Below are positions 52,538 through 58,742 of a DNA stretch of 58,742 nt, piece by piece (positions within the stretch are counted from its first letter, which is position 1; each line of letters starts with the position of its first letter). The translations under genes were made by a program, and so were the position numbers. Below the pieces are notes generated by a model, which worked only from the letters and a program-made list of their open reading frames with translations, made no database searches and was not told the origin of the DNA. The DNA comes from Octopus sinensis (Eukaryota), in NCBI RefSeq assembly GCF_006345805.1, contig NW_021833093.1, positions 1 through 58,742 of the forward strand, in the 5' to 3' direction.

Positions 52538-53293
52538 CCATTCATCCTTCTAGGCTTGATAGAAATAAACACCAGACCATCACTGGCGTTGACGTAATCG
52601 ACGTACTCTTCCCTCAAAATGTCTTACCATGTTGTTGTAGAAAGAAAGAAAAAAGTGGCACCGTGTTTAAATGGGTAAAAGAGATACGGTGCATAAAGGA
52701 GAAGGGAGAACGAATATCAACGCCTGAAAAATACGACATGTTCCTCCTTGCAACGTCTTTTCTCATGATATTTGTTTAACACGGTTTCGCCTGGGGCTAA
52801 ACAACCTCATTGCTTCACTGGTGAAATGATAGCATAGCCAGCTACTAATGAGACTTTGTTAATTGCAGACACAGTATTTGCAAAAATCTGTTTCAGCTCT
52901 GATTGCAAATTAAATCATTGAATCATCAGCGACATTAGTTCATTTCTTGGCACACAGAGAAACGTTTAGGTAAGTAAACAACTCAACTATGACCTGTCCA
53001 TCGAAAAGGGTTTGACAAAAGTGATCAGCTAAAGCACGCGCCCTTGCTTCTTCTTCTCAAGATTCTTAACGTGTTTCTTTTACACTCTGGAACCGGGTGA
53101 CTCAGAGCTTGGGGGTTTACGGGAAGTAACAACAATTTATTATTATGATCAAAGATAATTTACTGTAATATTGTAGTAAAGGACAATTATTTTATTACAC
53201 TGAATCGGGTGAGTTACTTTCAATGGTGAGTTACAATGCAAGGATACTTTTTCCGATTTTAACCAGAAATGTCATATAGATTCGCCTATTAAT

Positions 53294-53345
<52 letters not shown>

Positions 53346-53439
53346 AATTAGAGATTAAACCACTATCATGGAACTCAAACAGTGATAGACATAAACCAAT
53401 ACATAAATAACAAATAATGTATATTTTTATAAAACATAT

Positions 53440-53510
<71 letters not shown>

Positions 53511-53710
53511 ATAGAAGGAGCTTCTACAGGACTAGAACTGTTTCATTCAAAAGAAATCATTAGGAAGCTCCTGAGCTTCCTGATGATTTCTTTTGAATGA
53601 AACAGTTCTAGTCCTGTAGAAGCCTCTATAAAAATAAATTAATTTACTCTGCTATGTATTGAGTACCTTATTTACTGTGGTTAACCCCGACTCAACCCGG
53701 GACCTACACA
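53511..53710. mobile_element. PLE-type mini fold-back with two divergent hammerhead motifs
   Basis: Palindrome 53514-53627 centred on gaagctc-ct-gagcttc. The 3' extension aattaatttactctgctatgtattgagtacc..gacctac is shared with 14311. (TA)n on both sides. Confidence 0.85.
53573..53623 (+). ncRNA. type I hammerhead ribozyme motif
   Basis: gagcttc CTGATGA t-ttc-tttt-gaa-t GAAA cag-ttctagtc-ctg TA gaagc. GUA triplet, with U.U at the base of stem II. Confidence 0.75.
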
Positions 53711-53731
53711 CATATATATATAATATATATA

Positions 53732-53779
<48 letters not shown>

Positions 53780-53853
53780 ATATATATATATAGGGAGAGT
53801 TTACGAAAAAAACAAAAGACGAAGACAAGTGGTGTACAAAACAGACAGATGTA

Positions 53854-53903
<50 letters not shown>

Positions 53904-54218
53904 CAGGAGGACCATATCCTTATCGTCTTCTTTGATTCTTGTACACTTCTCTTGCGCACCTTCTATCTTTGTATATCTTTTCTTGACATGTAAATCTACA
54001 CACTGCCCTTCTCATCTGTTACCCATGTGGCAAATACAACGAATCACCATCACCATCATCATCATCATACTTGTTGTTGATGCTGTTGTCGTTGTTATCA
54101 TGGCCACGATCATCACCTTCACCGTCACCGACATTTTCGTAAACAAGAACATGATGATGATGATGATGACGAGGACGACGATAATCATCGTCGTTACAAA
54201 ACGTCTCACTTATTGCAG

Positions 54219-54537
54219 CTCGTAGCAGCAGTGAATCTGATGATATGGACACTCCTTTTTGAAAATGAGGACAGGGATGTCAATGTTGTCGGTGATGATG
54301 ATGATGATGACGGCGACAACGATGCAGAGAACGATAATGATGAATATAAACTAGATAACAATGGCTATGAAGTTGATAATTTTCATGTAAAAAAAAAAGA
54401 CAGATATTAAAGAAAATTTGACATAATAATGAATAAGAAATTGATGGAAACCGATGGAACGATAGAAGATGGGAAACCAGAAGATCTTGATAAATTCAAT
54501 GATGACAGAATTTATCAAGATTTGGCAGATGAAGTGG
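54219..54537 (+). other. possible acidic coding exon broken by indels (RSSSESDDMDTPF/ENEDRDV...KPEDLDKFNDDRIYQDLADEV)
   Basis: Acceptor ctcacttattgcag| and donor GTGG|gtgaaa. D/E/N-rich frames switch at T5 and A10 homopolymers. It may be low-complexity non-coding sequence. Confidence 0.22.
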
Positions 54538-54669
54538 GTGAAATATATCGTTTCTCGTGTCGTTCTTTCGCTAAAATAAAGCCTCCAGCATCACCAACAC
54601 CCAACTCATCGGTACCGTAAGTACCATAACTTCTAATACCGCCATCGGCACCATAACTACTAATACCGC

Positions 54670-54692
54670 TGCTGCTACTACTACTACTACTG

Positions 54693-54728
<36 letters not shown>

Positions 54729-55476
54729 TATTACTACTACAACTACTACTACTACTCTATACTACTACTACTACTATACTACTACTACTACTACTACTAC
54801 TACAACTACTGTTACTACTCCGATGCAGCTTCCTCTTAATTCTACTCCTCCTGCCATTCCTCCCCTTCCTCCTCCTCCCCCTCCTACTTCTTCTTCAACT
54901 ACGACTTCTACTTGTACTAAGATTAGGATTAATACTAATACTACAACTGCATCATAATCATCATCATCACCATGATAATAATAACAATGATAATTATAAT
55001 AATGATAATAATAACAATGATAATTATAATAATGATAATAATAATAATGATAATAATAATAATAATATTAATGATAATAAATGAAATGGATGGCATCAAT
55101 AGGAATAAAGATCAGTAGTAATAGTTGGGATGGTAGAGGTGGTGGCGGTAGTGATTGTGGTGGAGGTGATGATGGTGTCTCGGGTGGTTTTTCTGGCAGC
55201 AGTAACAATGTTAACGTTGATGATGAAAATAATGCTGCTGCTGCTGCTGATGAAGATGATGAGGAAGTCGATGATGATGTTGATGATGAGGAGGAGGTGG
55301 AGGAGGATGGTAATGATAAACAAAAATGTTAAAATGATGACGATGATGTTAATAATAATCAAATAATCACAGACAATATCACTAGCAACAACAATGTCAA
55401 CATCAATGAGAGCAAAATCAGCAACAATAAAACAGCAATAATAATAGTAATAATAAAAATAATAATAATAATAATG

Positions 55477-55574
<98 letters not shown>

Positions 55575-55790
55575 AATAATGATGATGATGATGATAATAA
55601 TGATGATGATAATGATAATAATAATAATCTTTATGATGATGACGATTGCATTATTTCTGAGAAAAACATCAAAGCTATACGACAATCTATGGAGAAAAAA
55701 GAAAGGATTACCCTATATATACTGAATAATAACAAGAATAATAATAATGACAATAATAATAAAAATAAATAAAAATAATAATAATAATAC

Positions 55791-55837
<47 letters not shown>

Positions 55838-56176
55838 TAATGATAATAATAATAATAATAATAAATAATAATAATGATAATAATAATGTCGATATCAACA
55901 ATGATGCCATTAACAATAATTATAATAATAATATCAATAATGATGACGATAATGGTGATCATGATAATGTCGATGATAATGAGGAGGATTGTGATGATGA
56001 TGATGATGATAACGATATCCATAAGAATAATAACTATGATAATATTAATATTAATAATAAAAAGAATAATCATAATAATGATAATAATAATAAACACCAA
56101 AACTATTGTAACAATCCCACTGGGGCTTTTCATCCCTTTGTCTTATGTTTGTCAATGTTTATCACATTTATATATA

Positions 56177-56211
<35 letters not shown>

Positions 56212-56391
56212 ACATAGCACGTTGTGAAAGAAAATGGCACAACAGCAATTTTATATATCCTTTATCAAACGTCGCATTCTTTTCATACTGCAACGCTAAT
56301 AAACACATACGCCCTAAAACTAATAAGTAGGGTAGAAAATACACACACACACACACACATATGCAGTACGCAGATGCACATGCACAATATA

Positions 56392-56472
<81 letters not shown>

Positions 56473-56515
56473 TTATATATTCCTCTTCAGGAAAATAAAC
56501 GTACGTGGGTTATAT

Positions 56516-56568
<53 letters not shown>

Positions 56569-56574
56569 ATTTAT

Positions 56575-56605
<31 letters not shown>

Positions 56606-56911
56606 TAAATCCGCATGTAAGTATATACAGCTGTATATTCCCATACATGAATACATCCGGTGCGTAAAAGTGTGTACGAATATAAGTTGTGTTGGATAAG
56701 TATATATTCCCGCATTGTAATTATCAGACAATTAAATATAGAAATTATCATTTATATATAATACACGCCTACACACATACTCGGCCACAATACTCGATAT
56801 ATATGCTTTGTGAGATCATATACATATATATAAACCCACTCCACTTTGTTATATATATATATATATATATATATAAATATACAATTTATGTATGCATATA
56901 TATATATGCAT

Positions 56912-57004
<93 letters not shown>

Positions 57005-57102
57005 GATATATGATAGATAGATAGATATATGTGATATATATTTATGTTTATATAAATATAACAGTTATAAATTTCAAGCACATATATTGTATATTATACA
57101 AT

Positions 57103-57130
<28 letters not shown>
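54670..57130. repeat. trinucleotide (CTA, GAT, AAT) and (TA)n microsatellite field
   Basis: Directly visible. Confidence 0.95.
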
Positions 57131-57133
<3 letters not shown>

Positions 57134-57826
57134 TTATATATGTATATGCAAGCATGCGCAGAGACCAGCTAACGATCATTCCAAATAAAAACAGCAACCA
57201 CAACAACAAAGGCAACAACAATCACAGCCATGGCAACAATAACAAACCAAACACGACATACATAAACACGGCGAGGCAAATATTCTTATTCCTTACATCG
57301 AAAGTGAAAGCTGGCATAAATTGAAAAAGTTTATTTGTTTGTTTGTTTCAATTTGTCTTAATTTTTTTTTTTTTTTATTTACTTCTTTTTTTCCTATTTA
57401 TCCTTGTTAAGTGTAATGTACAGACTTTCATTATCTGATAATAAAACCATATATCGATTCTTTATATTTAACACTTTCTTTCAAACAGTTCTAGGAATAA
57501 TGGCCAATTGAACATTCCGAATACTGTACTTTGTGCAAAATAATAGATGGTATATTTCTCATTCTTTAAATTTGTTTTCCCTTTTCAAAATACTGTTTGA
57601 AGCATCTTTCTTTTAGTTGAAAGTCAACCGTACATTGCTTGAAGAGCACACGCATACATATATAGCAGTGGATAGAAGCATGCGCATTGCATACAGTAAC
57701 ATACACATACAGAAAAATACATGAAATTACTCGACCTACACCTGACGCAGAATATAATACATATTATGCACACTAGCTTGAGTTTCTCCATTTCTGCTTC
57801 CGTTTGCAGATTTAGTTGTCTCCTAT

Positions 57827-57915
<89 letters not shown>

Positions 57916-58205
57916 TATGTATGGATATATTGTCTTTGTTTCTGTCTGTTCCGCTCTCATATTGTGTGTTTGTCTATTTGTGTCTGTAGACATACACGGC
58001 AAGTAATGTGTATATATGTATTACGTATATATGTGTGTGACTGTGTGTATGTAATTACATGTATCTATCTATCTGTCTACTTACCTATCAATCAATCTCT
58101 CTTTGTCTCTACCTATCTATCTATTATATTATCTATCTGTAAAATATCAATGTGTTTGTGTGCATGTGTGTATATATATATGGATGTGTATGTATGTATA
58201 TGTGT

Positions 58206-58289
<84 letters not shown>

Positions 58290-58742
58290 TATATATAGAG
58301 AGATATGAATGTACTGTTGTGTAAAATATTAAATGCATATGCATATGCATAACTGAGAAGTATATGTATGCAAAAAAGGAGAATGTGCTGCAATCGTATA
58401 CACAAGAGTAAGACATACCCATGCACACACAAATACACATATTGACATAAAACACACGTGACTTATGAAAACAACATACACACAACACAAGTATCTAGAC
58501 ACAATACAAACACTGAATATTCTCTGAACGCTTGAAAAAAGAATAAGTTTATTTGAAATGATTTGAGCATTGTTAATGGATGTCCAGGCTGGATGTAACT
58601 GGAAAATGTAGGCAGGTAACTGTGAAACAATAACGCAAAATGATCAGCCATTTCTTACCAAAATAATCGATGTTGTTTCCACTGCAGCGATTTATTAACA
58701 TTTGTGATTGAGATTTCTCCGTAAGATATGAATGCGTATGGT

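Noticed and set aside
54484-54521. 14-bp inverted repeat (atcttgataaattc/gaatttatcaagat) as a regulatory hairpin, and a Vav-like acidic YQDL motif
   Set aside because: A single short AT-rich hairpin and a resemblance of a few residues; no supporting CH, DH or SH2 exons were seen.

Overview
This is eukaryotic, very AT-rich, microsatellite-saturated DNA. Its repeat families point to a coleoid cephalopod, most likely Octopus (inferred from repeat content). There is no prokaryotic operon, CRISPR array, rRNA or bona fide tRNA gene. Almost every ORF in the supplied track is a translation of (TA)n, (TG)n, (TAGA)n or trinucleotide microsatellites. The window is an intronic or intergenic transposon graveyard. 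It holds about 20 tRNA-derived SINE copies of at least 3 families, mariner/Tc1 fragments and MITEs, a decayed Chapaev3 (CMC) transposase, R4/Dong-type LINE fragments, Helitron termini and Penelope-like (PLE) remnants. A few isolated candidate exons have good splice sites but cannot be assigned to a known gene. The most striking signal is a recurring architecture of head-to-head fold-back elements carrying a type I hammerhead ribozyme (HHR) motif in each arm, with 3' ends pointing outward into (TA)n tracts. Four examples are present: 14311-14496, 17783-19044 (a 1.12-kb zero-spacer palindrome), 46422-46906 (with compensatory stem changes) and 53511-53710. There is also a retrozyme-like ~330-bp tandem unit with an HHR at 45840-46390. 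All folds and alignments were done by eye.
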